Origin: Faecousia sp.
GTDB lineage: Bacteria > Bacillota > Clostridia > Oscillospirales > Oscillospiraceae
Direction of reading: 5' to 3'
DNA length: 64,000 nt
Assembly (NCBI GenBank): GCA_045123795.1
Contig: JBGVKN010000082.1
Location: 26,147 to 90,146, forward strand
Part shown: in pieces, positions 29,854-40,726 of the stretch
How positions within the stretch are numbered: the first letter of the stretch is position 1
How the letters are laid out: each line of letters opens with the position of its first letter
Program-made: the position numbers and the translations under genes
The notes under the pieces: generated by a model
Seen by the model: the letters and a program-made list of their open reading frames with translations, nothing else
What the model was told of the DNA's origin: nothing
Databases searched by the model: none

Positions 29854-31719
29854 TTATTCTTCGGTTACATCAAACAGAGATGTGCTGGACTGCTTCTCGA
29901 TGGGCTGTCCTTCCATGCAGGCGGCGAACTGAGCGCCGGACATGGTTTCATTCTTCATCAGGAAATCCACAACGGCGTTAAATCGCTCAGAATTATCCGT
30001 CAAGATCTGCTTGCAGTGGGCATAAGCTCTGTCAATCAGAACCTTGACTTCATCGTCAATGGTTCCGGCGAACTTTTCAGAGTAACTCTTGGTGCTCTGG
30101 TAATCCCGGCCGATGAACACTTCCCCATCGCCCAGATACGACACCGCACCCAGCTTTTCACACATACCGTAGCGGGCTACCATATCCCGAGCCAGCTTGG
30201 AGGCACGGTCGATATCGTTGGAGGCTCCGGTGGAGATATCGCTGAGGAAAAGCTCCTCCGCCGCACGACCACCCAACAAGCCAACGATGCTTTCATACAT
30301 TTCGTTGCGGGTCAGGTGAGCGGTATCTTCCTTGGGCGTATGCCAAGTGGCACCCAAGGTCTGCCCACGGGGGATGATGGAAATATGCCGCACAGGGTCC
30401 TGCGTAGGTAGACGATACATGGCGACAGCGTGGCCCGCCTCATGGATGGCGGTGATCCGCTGATCCCGAACCAGCCGGACACGGCTGCGCTTTTCGGGGC
30501 CTGCGGTAATTTTCATCATGGCTTCATTCAGATCGTCCATATTCAGAACCGGGCGATTTTCACGAGCTGCCATAATAGCAGCTTCGTTCAACAGATTACT
30601 CAGATCCGCTCCGGTAAAGCCGGAGGTCGCCAGCGCCACAGAGCGCAGATTCACATCCCCATCCAGCTTTTTGCCCTTGGCGTGGACCTTCAGAATTTCC
30701 TCACGGCCCTTGGCGTCCGGTGCGCCCACGTAGATCTGCCGATCAAACCTGCCGGGCCGCAGCAACGCCGGGTCCAGAATGTCAGGGCGGTTGGTAGCTG
30801 CCAGAACGATCACACCCTCGGTGCGTCCGAAGCCGTCCATTTCCACCAGAAGCTGGTTCAATGTCTGCTCTTTTTCATCGTGACCGCCGCCAAGGCCTGT
30901 GCCACGCTTGCGACCCACCGCATCGATCTCATCAATAAAGATAATGGCAGGTGCGATTTTCTTCGCCTGATCGAACAGGTCACGGACACGGCTGGCACCG
31001 ACACCCACGTACATTTCCACAAAGTCCGAGCCGGAGATGGACAGGAACTGAACATCGGCTTCTCCTGCCGCAGCCCGGGCCAAGAGCGTCTTACCCGTAC
31101 CGGGAGGGCCAACCAGCAGCAGGCCATGGGGAATTCGGGCGCCGATTTTGGTATACTTATCCGGGTCACGGAGGAAATCCACGATCTCCTGCAACTCAGC
31201 CTTTTCTTCATCCGCACCGGCAACATCAGCAAAGGTGACCTTTTGACCATCGGGCACACCCAAAACCGTGCGGGCTTTTCCAAAGCTGCTCAGTGGATTG
31301 CCGCCACCGTTGGCACGGCCCATCAGAAAGCCCCACAGCAGCAGAAGAATAAATCCAACGATCAGCAGCGGGAACACCAGATCAAAGGCAGAGGGCTGTT
31401 TCTCCGGCACAAAATCAAAGCTTTCCAAAGTTCCGGCCTTCTGCTGGGCATCGATCAAGGGCCACATTTCCTGCCGGAAGGCATCCACGTCAGCAAGGTC
31501 GGCGGTCACCTTCGTTTCCCCCTGATAGGGACTATGGAGCTTGAGGGTGATGGTTCCATTCTTCACCACAAAGCTCTTGACCTGACCGTCACGCAGAAGC
31601 TGTGCCACCTGAGAATCTGTCAATCCATCACCGGAGCCAAAGATTCCCATGACCAGCATCAATGCCAGCGCAAGGATCGCAACATATACAATAATTACAA
31701 GCGGTTTCTTATTCTTCAA
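29854..31719 (-). CDS. ftsH: ATP-dependent zinc metalloprotease
   Basis: Two TMs, [16 protein letters not shown] and HEAGH. Confidence 0.96.
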   Translation of the reverse strand: MKNKKPLVIIVYVAILALALMLVMGIFGSGDGLTDSQVAQLLRDGQVKSFVVKNGTITLKLHSPYQGETKVTADLADVDAFRQEMWPLIDAQQKAGTLESFDFVPEKQPSAFDLVFPLLIVGFILLLLWGFLMGRANGGGNPLSSFGKARTVLGVPDGQKVTFADVAGADEEKAELQEIVDFLRDPDKYTKIGARIPHGLLLVGPPGTGKTLLARAAAGEADVQFLSISGSDFVEMYVGVGASRVRDLFDQAKKIAPAIIFIDEIDAVGRKRGTGLGGGHDEKEQTLNQLLVEMDGFGRTEGVIVLAATNRPDILDPALLRPGRFDRQIYVGAPDAKGREEILKVHAKGKKLDGDVNLRSVALATSGFTGADLSNLLNEAAIMAARENRPVLNMDDLNEAMMKITAGPEKRSRVRLVRDQRITAIHEAGHAVAMYRLPTQDPVRHISIIPRGQTLGATWHTPKEDTAHLTRNEMYESIVGLLGGRAAEELFLSDISTGASNDIDRASKLARDMVARYGMCEKLGAVSYLGDGEVFIGRDYQSTKSYSEKFAGTIDDEVKVLIDRAYAHCKQILTDNSERFNAVVDFLMKNETMSGAQFAACMEGQPIEKQSSTSLFDVTEE

Positions 31720-31735
31720 AACGATTATTATCTCC

Positions 31736-32278
31736 TTACTTTTGGTATGCCTCGGGTTTCAGGACTCCCACATAGGGTAAATTGCGATAATGCTCATCAA
31801 AATCCAGACCATAGCCCACAACAAAGGCATTGGGAATGGTAAAGCCCACATAGTCCGCCTGCAGTGTAATACCGGGTTTCCGGCGTTCGGGCTTATCCAG
31901 CAGGGTGCAGATCTTCAAAGAGGCAGGCTCCCGAGCCAGCAGGTGGTTGTAGACAAAATCCAAGGAGTTGCCGGTATCAAAGATGTCCTCCAAAATCAGC
32001 ACATGGCGGCCCTTGATATCCACGCCTACATCCTTCTTAACGATGATATTGCCGGTAGAATCAGTGCCGCTGTAAGAGGAAACGATCATAAAGTCCATCT
32101 CGCAATGGGTCTTGATCTGACGGATCATATCAGCGTAGAATACCACGACACCCTTCAAAACGCCCACGACCACTGGGTCTTTTCCTTCGTACTCACGGGT
32201 CAATTCCTCGCCCAGCTCCGCAATGCGGGTGCGAATTTGCTCCTCGGTGATCAGAACCTGCTGAATATTGTTTTCCAT
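31736..32278 (-). CDS. hpt: Hypoxanthine phosphoribosyltransferase
   Basis: [11 protein letters not shown] and [13 protein letters not shown]. Confidence 0.95.
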   Translation of the reverse strand: MENNIQQVLITEEQIRTRIAELGEELTREYEGKDPVVVGVLKGVVVFYADMIRQIKTHCEMDFMIVSSYSGTDSTGNIIVKKDVGVDIKGRHVLILEDIFDTGNSLDFVYNHLLAREPASLKICTLLDKPERRKPGITLQADYVGFTIPNAFVVGYGLDFDEHYRNLPYVGVLKPEAYQK

Positions 32279-32305
32279 AAAATTATCCTCCATGCAAGGG
32301 GTTTT

Positions 32306-33565
32306 CTATATTTCCACAATGCGAACCTGCCATGCGGGCAAATCCTTTGCGGCTCTATCTAAATCAACGCCCACGCCGTAAACAGCGAGGACACCCGCAT
32401 CGTCCGCCAGCACCGGAATCTGTAACCGCCGGTCTGCAGGGATTTTGCGGTCAATGAACAACTTTTTCAAGCTTTTTCTTCCGCCGGGTAATCGAATTTC
32501 ATCCCCCGAAAGGCGGCAGCGAATCGTAATAGGCCCATTGCAGGCCACTGTAAATACGTTCGTTGTATTGATCATCTCCTGGGCCGGTGTACATTCCACC
32601 CGGAAGTGGGGCAGGTTCAAGCTACCGGGACAGGTCAGCGTCACCGGCTCCAATGGTATTTCCTTGGGTTGTGCAACCAGTTCGCCGTAATGGCGGGTGA
32701 TGGTCACACCGCCGGGGAATCGGGCGCTGGCGGAGGGCTTATCAGAAAACACCAGCGCTTCTGCCAGTGCGATATGCTCCGCCTCCGGCTCCTTCACGCC
32801 ATTGCCTTTCAGAAATTTTTCCAGCGCACGGCTGCGGATAGCCGGGGGTGCTTTTCTCAACTGGGTAACATCCATCGAATACGTTGCGGCAATTTGCCCC
32901 AGCGCCGTTTCATCCTGCCGCAGGCGCAGTGCCATGGCAGAGAGATTTTCCGCAATGCGAGGATTTTCCCCTTGCAAAAGGGGCATCACATGATGGCGCA
33001 GGCGGTTGCGCAGGAACTCATCCGTACCGTTGGAGCTATCCTCCCGGAAGGAAATATGGTATTCCGAAAGGAATTCCAAAACCTCCTGCCGTGTGATGGT
33101 CAGCATTGGACGGATCACATTGCCCCGGATAGGGGCGATGGCCCCAAGGCCCTTCAACCCCGTCCCACGGACAAGGTGCATCAGAACCGTTTCCGCATTG
33201 TCGTTGGCGGTGTGGGCTGTGGCGATCTTACCGGGCAGCGTCCGGAAGAAGGCATACCGGGCATCCCGGGCGGCAGCTTCCAGCCCCTTTTTCCCAGCCG
33301 TCACAATTTCGGCGCCTACGAACAGTTCGATATCAAAGCGGTCGCAAAAGGATCGGACAAAGGCTTCATCTTCATCAGATTCTGCTCCCCGCAAATTGTG
33401 ATTAAAATGAGCTGCGGACAGGGAAATTCCTAATTTTTCTCGCAGCAAATACATAGCAAACAGCAACGCCATGGAATCTGCACCGCCGGAAACGGCACAA
33501 ATGATCTTGTCCCCCGGCTGAACCATTTCCTGCTGCCGAATGAACGAATACAGCTTATTCAGCAT
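32306..33565 (-). CDS. tilS: tRNA(Ile)-lysidine synthetase
   Basis: AVSGGADS, TAHTANDNAET and RNRLRH. Confidence 0.95.
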   Translation of the reverse strand: MLNKLYSFIRQQEMVQPGDKIICAVSGGADSMALLFAMYLLREKLGISLSAAHFNHNLRGAESDEDEAFVRSFCDRFDIELFVGAEIVTAGKKGLEAAARDARYAFFRTLPGKIATAHTANDNAETVLMHLVRGTGLKGLGAIAPIRGNVIRPMLTITRQEVLEFLSEYHISFREDSSNGTDEFLRNRLRHHVMPLLQGENPRIAENLSAMALRLRQDETALGQIAATYSMDVTQLRKAPPAIRSRALEKFLKGNGVKEPEAEHIALAEALVFSDKPSASARFPGGVTITRHYGELVAQPKEIPLEPVTLTCPGSLNLPHFRVECTPAQEMINTTNVFTVACNGPITIRCRLSGDEIRLPGGRKSLKKLFIDRKIPADRRLQIPVLADDAGVLAVYGVGVDLDRAAKDLPAWQVRIVEI

Positions 33566-34892
33566 GCTTCCACTCCCGGTCGGCAAAGGTGGTGTACTGG
33601 GGCAGCCATTGGAGTTTCACGGTGCCGGTTTCGCCGTGACGGTTTTTCGACACGATGCATTCGGCAACGTTTTTTTCCTCAGAATTGGGGTTATAGTAAT
33701 CATCACGGTACAGGAACAAAATTGCGTCAGCATCCTGCTCGATGGCACCGGATTCACGAAGGTCGGACATAATGGGCCGCTTGTCCTGACGGCTTTCTAC
33801 CGCACGGCTCAGCTGACTCAAGCAGATAACAGGCACATTCAATTCCTTCGCCATGATTTTCAGGCTTCTGGAAATTTCGCCCACCACCTGAACACGATTT
33901 TCGCTGGACTTGCCGTAGCCGGAGCCGGTCATCAATTGCAGGTAGTCGATGATGACCAAGCCCAAATTTTCCACCCGGCGCAGCTTGGCGTTCATTTCCG
34001 CCACGGTGATGGAGGGGTTGTCGTCCACCCGGATATCCGTCTGGGTCAGAGCGGCGGAGGCCATGCACAGCTTCTCCCACTCGTCCTCACTGAGCTTGCC
34101 GGTGGCCATCTTCTGGCTGTCCACAAAGCTCTCGCCGGAGAGCAAGCGCATAACAAGCTGCTCCCGGGACATTTCCAAAGAGAAGAACGCCACGGTGGAA
34201 TTGTACTTTTTTGCCACATTCAAACCGATATTCAGGGCAAACGAGGTTTTACCCATGGCAGGACGGGCGGCGATCAGCAAAAGGTCAGATTTATTCAGGC
34301 CGTTGATCTTCATATCCAGATCACGCAGGCCCGTGGACAGGCCGGGAATCAGAGAGTCGGACTGAGCCAGCTCCGTCAAGTTGTCAAAAACCCGGTGCAT
34401 AACCGTGCCGATATGCTCCAGCGAGTCGCCACGCTCGCCCTTACGCAGAGCGTAAATTTTCTTTTCGGCGGCTTCCAGCATTTCGGCAGGAGTGCCCACC
34501 TGAGAATGGACGATCTCGCAAATGTCAACACCGGCCTGAGAAAGGCCACGGAGCATAGCCATATCCCGGACAATGCCGGCATAGCGCTCCACATTGGCGG
34601 CGGTGGGGGTGATTTCCATGAGCTGGAGGACATAGTCACGGGAATTATCCCGGTGGTAGCCCAGCTCCTTCATCTTGTTCAACACCGTCACCGGGTCGAT
34701 GACCTGAGAGAAGTTGAACATGGTATAGATGGTTTCGTAAATTTCCCGGTTCTGCTGGAGGTAGAAATCCTCCGGGCGCAGAATGCCGATGACATCGGCC
34801 ACACACCGGCTATCGATGAGAATCGAGCCCAGTACCGCCTGTTCTGCTTCTAAGGACTGGGGCGGCTGGCGGTTCATCAGTTCTTCATCCAT
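33555..34892 (-). CDS. dnaB: Replicative DNA helicase
   Basis: EAEQAVLG, ARPAMGKT and DLRESGAIEQDAD. Confidence 0.96.
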   Translation of the reverse strand: MDEELMNRQPPQSLEAEQAVLGSILIDSRCVADVIGILRPEDFYLQQNREIYETIYTMFNFSQVIDPVTVLNKMKELGYHRDNSRDYVLQLMEITPTAANVERYAGIVRDMAMLRGLSQAGVDICEIVHSQVGTPAEMLEAAEKKIYALRKGERGDSLEHIGTVMHRVFDNLTELAQSDSLIPGLSTGLRDLDMKINGLNKSDLLLIAARPAMGKTSFALNIGLNVAKKYNSTVAFFSLEMSREQLVMRLLSGESFVDSQKMATGKLSEDEWEKLCMASAALTQTDIRVDDNPSITVAEMNAKLRRVENLGLVIIDYLQLMTGSGYGKSSENRVQVVGEISRSLKIMAKELNVPVICLSQLSRAVESRQDKRPIMSDLRESGAIEQDADAILFLYRDDYYNPNSEEKNVAECIVSKNRHGETGTVKLQWLPQYTTFADREWKHAE

Positions 34893-34927
34893 GTTTCTCT
34901 CCCTTCCGATGCGAAATAAGATGCGCT

Positions 34928-34962
34928 TATCTCGTATCTCATATCTCGTATCTTGTATCTGA
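34928..34962. repeat. Heptamer tandem repeat (TATCTNN)x5
   Basis: tatctcg tatctca tatctcg tatcttg tatctga. Confidence 0.75.
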
Positions 34963-34964
34963 GA

Positions 34965-35411
34965 TTAGGCTTCCTCGATCTTGACGGTCAGAGGGGCAGT
35001 GATCTCGTAGCCCAGCTTGCAGGTGACGGTATAGGTGCCCACGTTCTTGATGGTGTCAGCAATGACGATCTTACGCTTGTCCAGCTTGATACCGGCAGTC
35101 TTGGCCAGTGCATCGGCGATTTCCTGATTGGTCACAGAGCCAAACAGGCGGCCATTACCGCCGCCACGGCAGGTAACGGTCAGGGTCATCTCACGCAGCT
35201 GCTTGGAAAGCGCCAGCGCCTCAGCCTTTTCCCGGGCGATGCGCTCCTGAGTGGCCTTGTCGTTCATTTTCATGGTATTGATAGCATCGGGGGTGGCCTC
35301 GATGGCCATCTTCTTGGGCAGCATGAAGTTACGGGCGTAGCCATCGGATACTTCGATCATCTGACCCTTCTTGCCCTTGCCCTTAACATCCTGTAACAGA
35401 ATCACTTTCAT
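34965..35411 (-). CDS. rplI: 50S ribosomal protein L9
   Basis: MKVILLQDVKGKGKKG..GYARNF; RLFGSVT. Confidence 0.97.
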   Translation of the reverse strand: MKVILLQDVKGKGKKGQMIEVSDGYARNFMLPKKMAIEATPDAINTMKMNDKATQERIAREKAEALALSKQLREMTLTVTCRGGGNGRLFGSVTNQEIADALAKTAGIKLDKRKIVIADTIKNVGTYTVTCKLGYEITAPLTVKIEEA

Positions 35412-35424
35412 AATCTATTCTCCT

Positions 35425-37404
35425 TTAGGTTTCATCGTAATATTTGTCAATAGAGGTCAGCAGGCGGTCAAGAACGTCCTTGACGGTGGCGTTCTTCACC
35501 TGTGCGCCTGCCGTGGCGGTGTTGCCGCCGCCGCCCAGAGGCTCCAGAATCATCTGCACGTTGGCATCACCAATGGAGCGGGCGGAAATATACACATCCT
35601 CCCCCTGAGGATACAGCACCACGGAGGCCGTAATGCCGGAAATGTTCAGCAGATCATCTGCCGCCTGGGCCGCCAAGGGGCGGGTTGTGCCAGTGTTCAG
35701 GGCCGCAATGGCGATCTCCTGCCGGTACAATCGGGCGGACTTCATAATCTGGTACTTGTTCATGGTGTCTTGGAAATCGTTTTGCAGCAGCTTCTTCACA
35801 TCCACCGTATCCACGCCCATACGGCGCAGGACAGCAGCTGCTTCAAAGGTACGCTCGCCGGTGCGGACGTTGAAGCTCTTGGTATCCAAGAAAATACCTG
35901 CCATCAGGGATTTTGACTCGATGGGCAGTACATCCGACTTTTCCACCGCATATTGCAGCAGCTCCGTCACTAGCTCGGAAGCAGAGGATGCGTAGGGCTC
36001 GTGGAGGTTGATGGCGACCGGCTCGATATAATCGGCGGCACGGCGGTGGTGATCCACCACGCAGACACGGGAAATGGCTTCCAACAAAGAACGGCTCTCC
36101 ACCTGATCCGGGCGGTTGGTATCCACCACGATCAAGGTCGAACGGTTATCGCACAGCAGCAGCGCATCCTGACCGGAAATGATGGTTTCCCGGTATTCGG
36201 GAACCTTGTCGATTTCGGCAATCAGCTTTTCTGCAGCGTTTTTCTCTCGGTCAAGGACGATATAGGCCTTTTTGCCCTTCTTGCGGCACATACAGCTGAT
36301 ACCCATGGCGGCACCCACTGCATCCAGATCCGCATTCTTATGGCCCATGATGAACACCTGACTACTCTGACCAATCAGCTCCATCAGAGAATTGGAGGTA
36401 ACACGGGAGCGGACTTTACTGCGTCGGTCGGCTTCCTTGGCACGACCGCCATAGAAGGTGAAGTTCAGCCGATCCTTGATGACCGCCTGATCGCCGCCAC
36501 GGCTTAGCGCCATTTCAATGGAAAGGGCGGCGAAATTATAGCTTTCCTCAAAGGTGGCACCGTCCACACCCAAGCCAAAGGAAATGGATGCCGCCAATCC
36601 AGCCGGGTTGACCACCTGATGGATATCCTCCAGAATAGAGAATTTTTGCTTCTGAGCTTCTTCCAGATAGCGCTTTTCAAATACATACAGGTAGCGGTTG
36701 CGCTCCAGCTTACGAAGCATACCGTGGAAGTTATCCGTCCACTTGGTGATGGCATCGTTGATCTCAGCATTCATATTGGAGATGGCACTCTCCGACAGGT
36801 TCATGGTCAGCTCCTCATAGTTATCCACCAAAATGATGGACACCACGGGACGGGAGCGGATGTATTCATCCCGCACCTGATACAGCTCTGTCAGGTCGGC
36901 AAAATACAACATTCCCAGCATGATGGAGCCGCTTTCGCCGGGACGAATGGCTGTACCGTAGACCCGGTAGCGTCGACCTCCGATGGTTACATCGTAAGGA
37001 AATTCGCTTTTGCCGGACAGCAACCAGTCCGTGGTCAGGGTGGGCAGAATATCGGTGATCCGCTGCTCGTGCATCTTCTCGTGGAATCCGGTAACGGTAT
37101 TGAAGCGTTTATTGCTCCAGATGATACCACCATCCACCAGACGGACCAGCACCATGGGGAAGGGGCTTTCCGCTCCCTTGGCCACATCCAGTGTATTGAA
37201 GGTAGACTGGATGAAAGCCTGTATCTCCTTATTGCGGCGGGACTTGAGTATCCAATACACGCCGAACAGCAGAGCTGTAATGACCAGTTCGATAGCTGCA
37301 AGCAGGTAATAACCCATCATCACCGCCACCAAACAGAAGCACACCAACACCACAAACAACCAGCTCATGCCGGGTTGCAACAGACGTGCCAGCTTCTTAT
37401 TCAT
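35425..37404 (-). CDS. gdpP: GdpP-like c-di-AMP phosphodiesterase (DHH/DHHA1)
   Basis: Two TMs, degenerate GGDEF region (SRGGDQ), MGHKNADLDA, VDHHRR; conserved position upstream of rplI-dnaB. Confidence 0.85.
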   Translation of the reverse strand: MNKKLARLLQPGMSWLFVVLVCFCLVAVMMGYYLLAAIELVITALLFGVYWILKSRRNKEIQAFIQSTFNTLDVAKGAESPFPMVLVRLVDGGIIWSNKRFNTVTGFHEKMHEQRITDILPTLTTDWLLSGKSEFPYDVTIGGRRYRVYGTAIRPGESGSIMLGMLYFADLTELYQVRDEYIRSRPVVSIILVDNYEELTMNLSESAISNMNAEINDAITKWTDNFHGMLRKLERNRYLYVFEKRYLEEAQKQKFSILEDIHQVVNPAGLAASISFGLGVDGATFEESYNFAALSIEMALSRGGDQAVIKDRLNFTFYGGRAKEADRRSKVRSRVTSNSLMELIGQSSQVFIMGHKNADLDAVGAAMGISCMCRKKGKKAYIVLDREKNAAEKLIAEIDKVPEYRETIISGQDALLLCDNRSTLIVVDTNRPDQVESRSLLEAISRVCVVDHHRRAADYIEPVAINLHEPYASSASELVTELLQYAVEKSDVLPIESKSLMAGIFLDTKSFNVRTGERTFEAAAVLRRMGVDTVDVKKLLQNDFQDTMNKYQIMKSARLYRQEIAIAALNTGTTRPLAAQAADDLLNISGITASVVLYPQGEDVYISARSIGDANVQMILEPLGGGGNTATAGAQVKNATVKDVLDRLLTSIDKYYDET

Positions 37405-37527
37405 ATCCTCGCCTCCTAAAATGGGCACCATAACCCATCCTAATCATGTTATCCGTACTATTATAGCAAATTCCAAAGAAAGGTGCAACAACCATTTGAG
37501 GATTATTTGAGAAATTCTTGTTGATAA

Positions 37528-37789
37528 GATAACATAGTTGTTTACGCTTCTGGTGCGGAAGCACCCCAAACCTCCCTCTGACGAGGGAGGTGGCACGCCG
37601 AACGGCGTGACAGAGGGAGAGAAAATGCGAAAATCACCTCGCTGCCGAGGGGAATCGCACATTTTATCTCTCCCTCAGTCAAAAATCAGAGATTTTTGAC
37701 AGCTCCCTCGTCAGAGGGAGCCTTTACGCCCTTCAGGCGCTGTCGCCCCGGAGGGGTGACACACTTAATCCCATAAACAACAATTCATC
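37528..37789. repeat. MITE-like element, copy 3 (degenerate left end)
   Basis: Interior nearly colinear with 6969-7162; right end TAAACAACAATTCATC. Confidence 0.75.
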
Positions 37790-38002
37790 ATATTATTTCC
37801 CGGCGAAGGATGGCGAAAAATTTGTATGTACATTTTTGCTTTTTTGTGTTATACTATCTGTAGTATGCGCCGGGTGGGCAGGCCCGGGCAACATCAATCA
37901 CACATTCATGCAGGCGTTTTCCCGGAAAAAGGCGATTCAGGGCTGTATTTTTCGGGTGGCGGTTGCTTACTTGTTTCGCTTATTTTTGAAAGGAGTATAC
38001 TT

Positions 38003-39658
38003 TTGGCAGAAAAATTAAAAATCATCCCCCTTGGCGGTCTGGATGAGATTGGCAAGAATATTACGGTTCTGGAATACGGCAAGGACATGATCGTAGTAGA
38101 CTGCGGCGTGGGCTTCCCGGACGAAGAAATGTATGGCGTAGATCTGGTGATCCCCGATTTTTCCTATCTGGTGGCAAACCAGAAAAAGCTGCGGGGTATG
38201 TTCATTACCCACGGTCACGAGGATCACATCGGCTCCATCCCCTACTGTATGCAGCAGGTCAATTGCCCCATCCACGGCACCGCCATGACCAACGGTCTAA
38301 TCAAGCTGAAGCTGGAGGAGCACGGCCTTGCCGGCACCGTCAAGCTGCACACTCATAAACCCGGCGATGTGGTCAAAGCCGGCTGTTTCAGTGTGGAATT
38401 CATCCATGTAAACCACTCCATCGCCGATGCAGTGGCTTTCGCCATTCGCACCCCCGTGGGTACTGTGGTGTTCACCGGCGATTTTAAGATCGACCCCACT
38501 GCCAAGGACGGCATGATCGATCTGGCCCGGCTGGGTGAGCTGGGCAACGAAGGCGTTCTGGCTCTGCTGGCAGACTCCACCAATGTGGAACGTCAGGGCT
38601 ACACCCCCAGCGAAACGCTGGTGGCAGAAAGCCTTGACCGGCAGTTTAAAAACTGCGACCAGCGGATCATCGTCACCACCTTCGCTTCCAATATGCACCG
38701 GATTCAGGCGGTGCTTGCCACCGCCCACCGTTATGGACGCAAGGTTGCCGTTTCCGGACGGAGTATGGAGAATATGCTGAAGGTCGCACAGGAGCTGGGC
38801 TATCTGAAGGTTCCTGCCGGCACCATCGTAGAATTGGGTGCCATCAAGAGCCTGCCGAAGAATAAGGTGGTCATCGTTTCCACCGGCTCTCAGGGTGAGA
38901 ATATGTCCGCCCTGTACCGCATGGCTTTCTCCACCCACAAACAGGTGGACATCACCAGCGGTGACCGAATCATCATTTCCGCCTCTGCCATCCCCGGCAA
39001 CGAAAAGGCGGTTTCCCGCATTATCAATGAGCTGTACCGCAAGGGTGCAGAGGTCGTTTACGAGAAGAGCGAGGGCCTGCACGTTTCCGGCCACGCCTGT
39101 CAGGAGGAGCTGAAGATCATTCACGGACTGGTCAAGCCCAAGTTCTTCATTCCCGCCCACGGCGAGCAGCGACATTTGCAGATTCACGGCAAGCTGGCCA
39201 TGGCCATGGGCATGGCGCCCCGGCACATCCACATTGGCGAGATCGGCACGGTGTTTGAGCTGTCCGGTAAGACCTGCAAGGTCAACGGCACTGTTCCCGC
39301 AGGCAAGGTGTTCGTGGATGGCACCGGCGTTGGCGATGTGGGCAGTGTGGTGCTCCGTGACCGGAAGCATCTGGCACAGGACGGTATGATCGTGGTGTGT
39401 GTCAACATCAGCTCTCAGGACGGCAGCGTGATCTCCGGCCCGGATATCATCACCCGTGGCTTCATTTACGTCAAAGAATCCGAGGAACTGATGGACGAGC
39501 TGCGGGAGGTTGCCATGGAGGCCATCGACCGTTGTAGCCGCAAGCGCAGCCGGGATTGGGCTACTATCAAATCCGCCATCAAGAACGATCTGAGCGGCTA
39601 TTTGTACAAGCACACCAAGCGTAACCCCATGATCCTGCCGGTCATCATGGAGATCTAA
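38003..39658 (+). CDS. rnj: Ribonuclease J
   Basis: IIPLGGLDEIGKN, THGHEDHIG and LHVSGHA; TTG start after AAAGGAG. Confidence 0.95.
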   Translation: MAEKLKIIPLGGLDEIGKNITVLEYGKDMIVVDCGVGFPDEEMYGVDLVIPDFSYLVANQKKLRGMFITHGHEDHIGSIPYCMQQVNCPIHGTAMTNGLIKLKLEEHGLAGTVKLHTHKPGDVVKAGCFSVEFIHVNHSIADAVAFAIRTPVGTVVFTGDFKIDPTAKDGMIDLARLGELGNEGVLALLADSTNVERQGYTPSETLVAESLDRQFKNCDQRIIVTTFASNMHRIQAVLATAHRYGRKVAVSGRSMENMLKVAQELGYLKVPAGTIVELGAIKSLPKNKVVIVSTGSQGENMSALYRMAFSTHKQVDITSGDRIIISASAIPGNEKAVSRIINELYRKGAEVVYEKSEGLHVSGHACQEELKIIHGLVKPKFFIPAHGEQRHLQIHGKLAMAMGMAPRHIHIGEIGTVFELSGKTCKVNGTVPAGKVFVDGTGVGDVGSVVLRDRKHLAQDGMIVVCVNISSQDGSVISGPDIITRGFIYVKESEELMDELREVAMEAIDRCSRKRSRDWATIKSAIKNDLSGYLYKHTKRNPMILPVIMEI

Positions 39659-39719
39659 AGGATATGGGCGTGCAGATCACCTGCACGCCCATTTTTGAGA
39701 TTGTTAGGAAGGTACATTT

Positions 39720-40676
39720 ATGCGATACTATTTTGCGCCCATGGAGGGGTTGACGGACAGCGTTTACCGCCGTCTGCATCACAAGCATTTTGGCGGTGTT
39801 GACCGCTACTATATGCCCTTCCTCTCCCCCACCATCCACCGTACGCTAACTAACAGGGAGGATCGGGAGCTGCCCATGGCGGACAGCGTTCCCTTTGCCG
39901 CCGTTCCGCAGATTTTGACGAAAGTGTCTGAGGATTTCCTCTGGGCAGCGCAGGTTTGCCGAGATCGGGGCTATGAGGAAGTAAATCTCAATATCGGCTG
40001 CCCCTCCGGCACGGTAGTCGCCAAGGGCAAAGGCGCCGGAATGCTGGCAGACCCTGATGGGCTTGACCGTTTTTTGGATGCGGTTTTTCGGGATGCGCCC
40101 CTGCCCATTTCTATCAAGACCCGGGTGGGTATCCATGATGATCAGGAATTCCCCCGGCTGCTGGAGATCCTAAACCGCTACCCCATTCAGGAGCTGACTG
40201 TTCACCCCCGAGTGCGAAAGGATTTTTACAAGACCCCGATTCGGGAAGATGCATTCTGTTATGCGGTAGAACACAGCACCAATCCTCTATGCTACAACGG
40301 CGATGTTTGCAGTATTGAAGATATTTCTTTGATCGAGGAAAAATATCCGCAGGTCAAATCCGTTATGATCGGACGGGGGCTGATTGGCGATCCGGGTATG
40401 CTAATTCCCGGCGGCACCACCGCATCTGCACTGGAGGCTTTTCACAACGACCTGTTGGACGAGTACGCCGTTACCTTTAACAGCGCCCGCAATGCCATGT
40501 TCCGCCTGAAAGAGAACTGGCGGCATCTGGCCTGCCGGTTTGACGGCGGCGAAAAGCTGTTCAAACGACTGCGAAAAGCCACGGATTTACAGGAATTCCG
40601 TAGCGTCACCGCAGAAATTTTCCATACCCTGCCCCTTGCGCCCCGGCTGCTGCCGGATTGGACAATGTATGAGTGA
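39720..40676 (+). CDS. tRNA-dihydrouridine synthase family protein
   Basis: APMEG, NLNIGCP, TVHPR, YNGD and MIGRG. Confidence 0.9.
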   Translation: MRYYFAPMEGLTDSVYRRLHHKHFGGVDRYYMPFLSPTIHRTLTNREDRELPMADSVPFAAVPQILTKVSEDFLWAAQVCRDRGYEEVNLNIGCPSGTVVAKGKGAGMLADPDGLDRFLDAVFRDAPLPISIKTRVGIHDDQEFPRLLEILNRYPIQELTVHPRVRKDFYKTPIREDAFCYAVEHSTNPLCYNGDVCSIEDISLIEEKYPQVKSVMIGRGLIGDPGMLIPGGTTASALEAFHNDLLDEYAVTFNSARNAMFRLKENWRHLACRFDGGEKLFKRLRKATDLQEFRSVTAEIFHTLPLAPRLLPDWTMYE

Positions 40677-40726
40677 TAAGAAGAGCTGTTGCTTTTTGGC
40701 AACAGCTCTTCTTATCTTATCTTATC

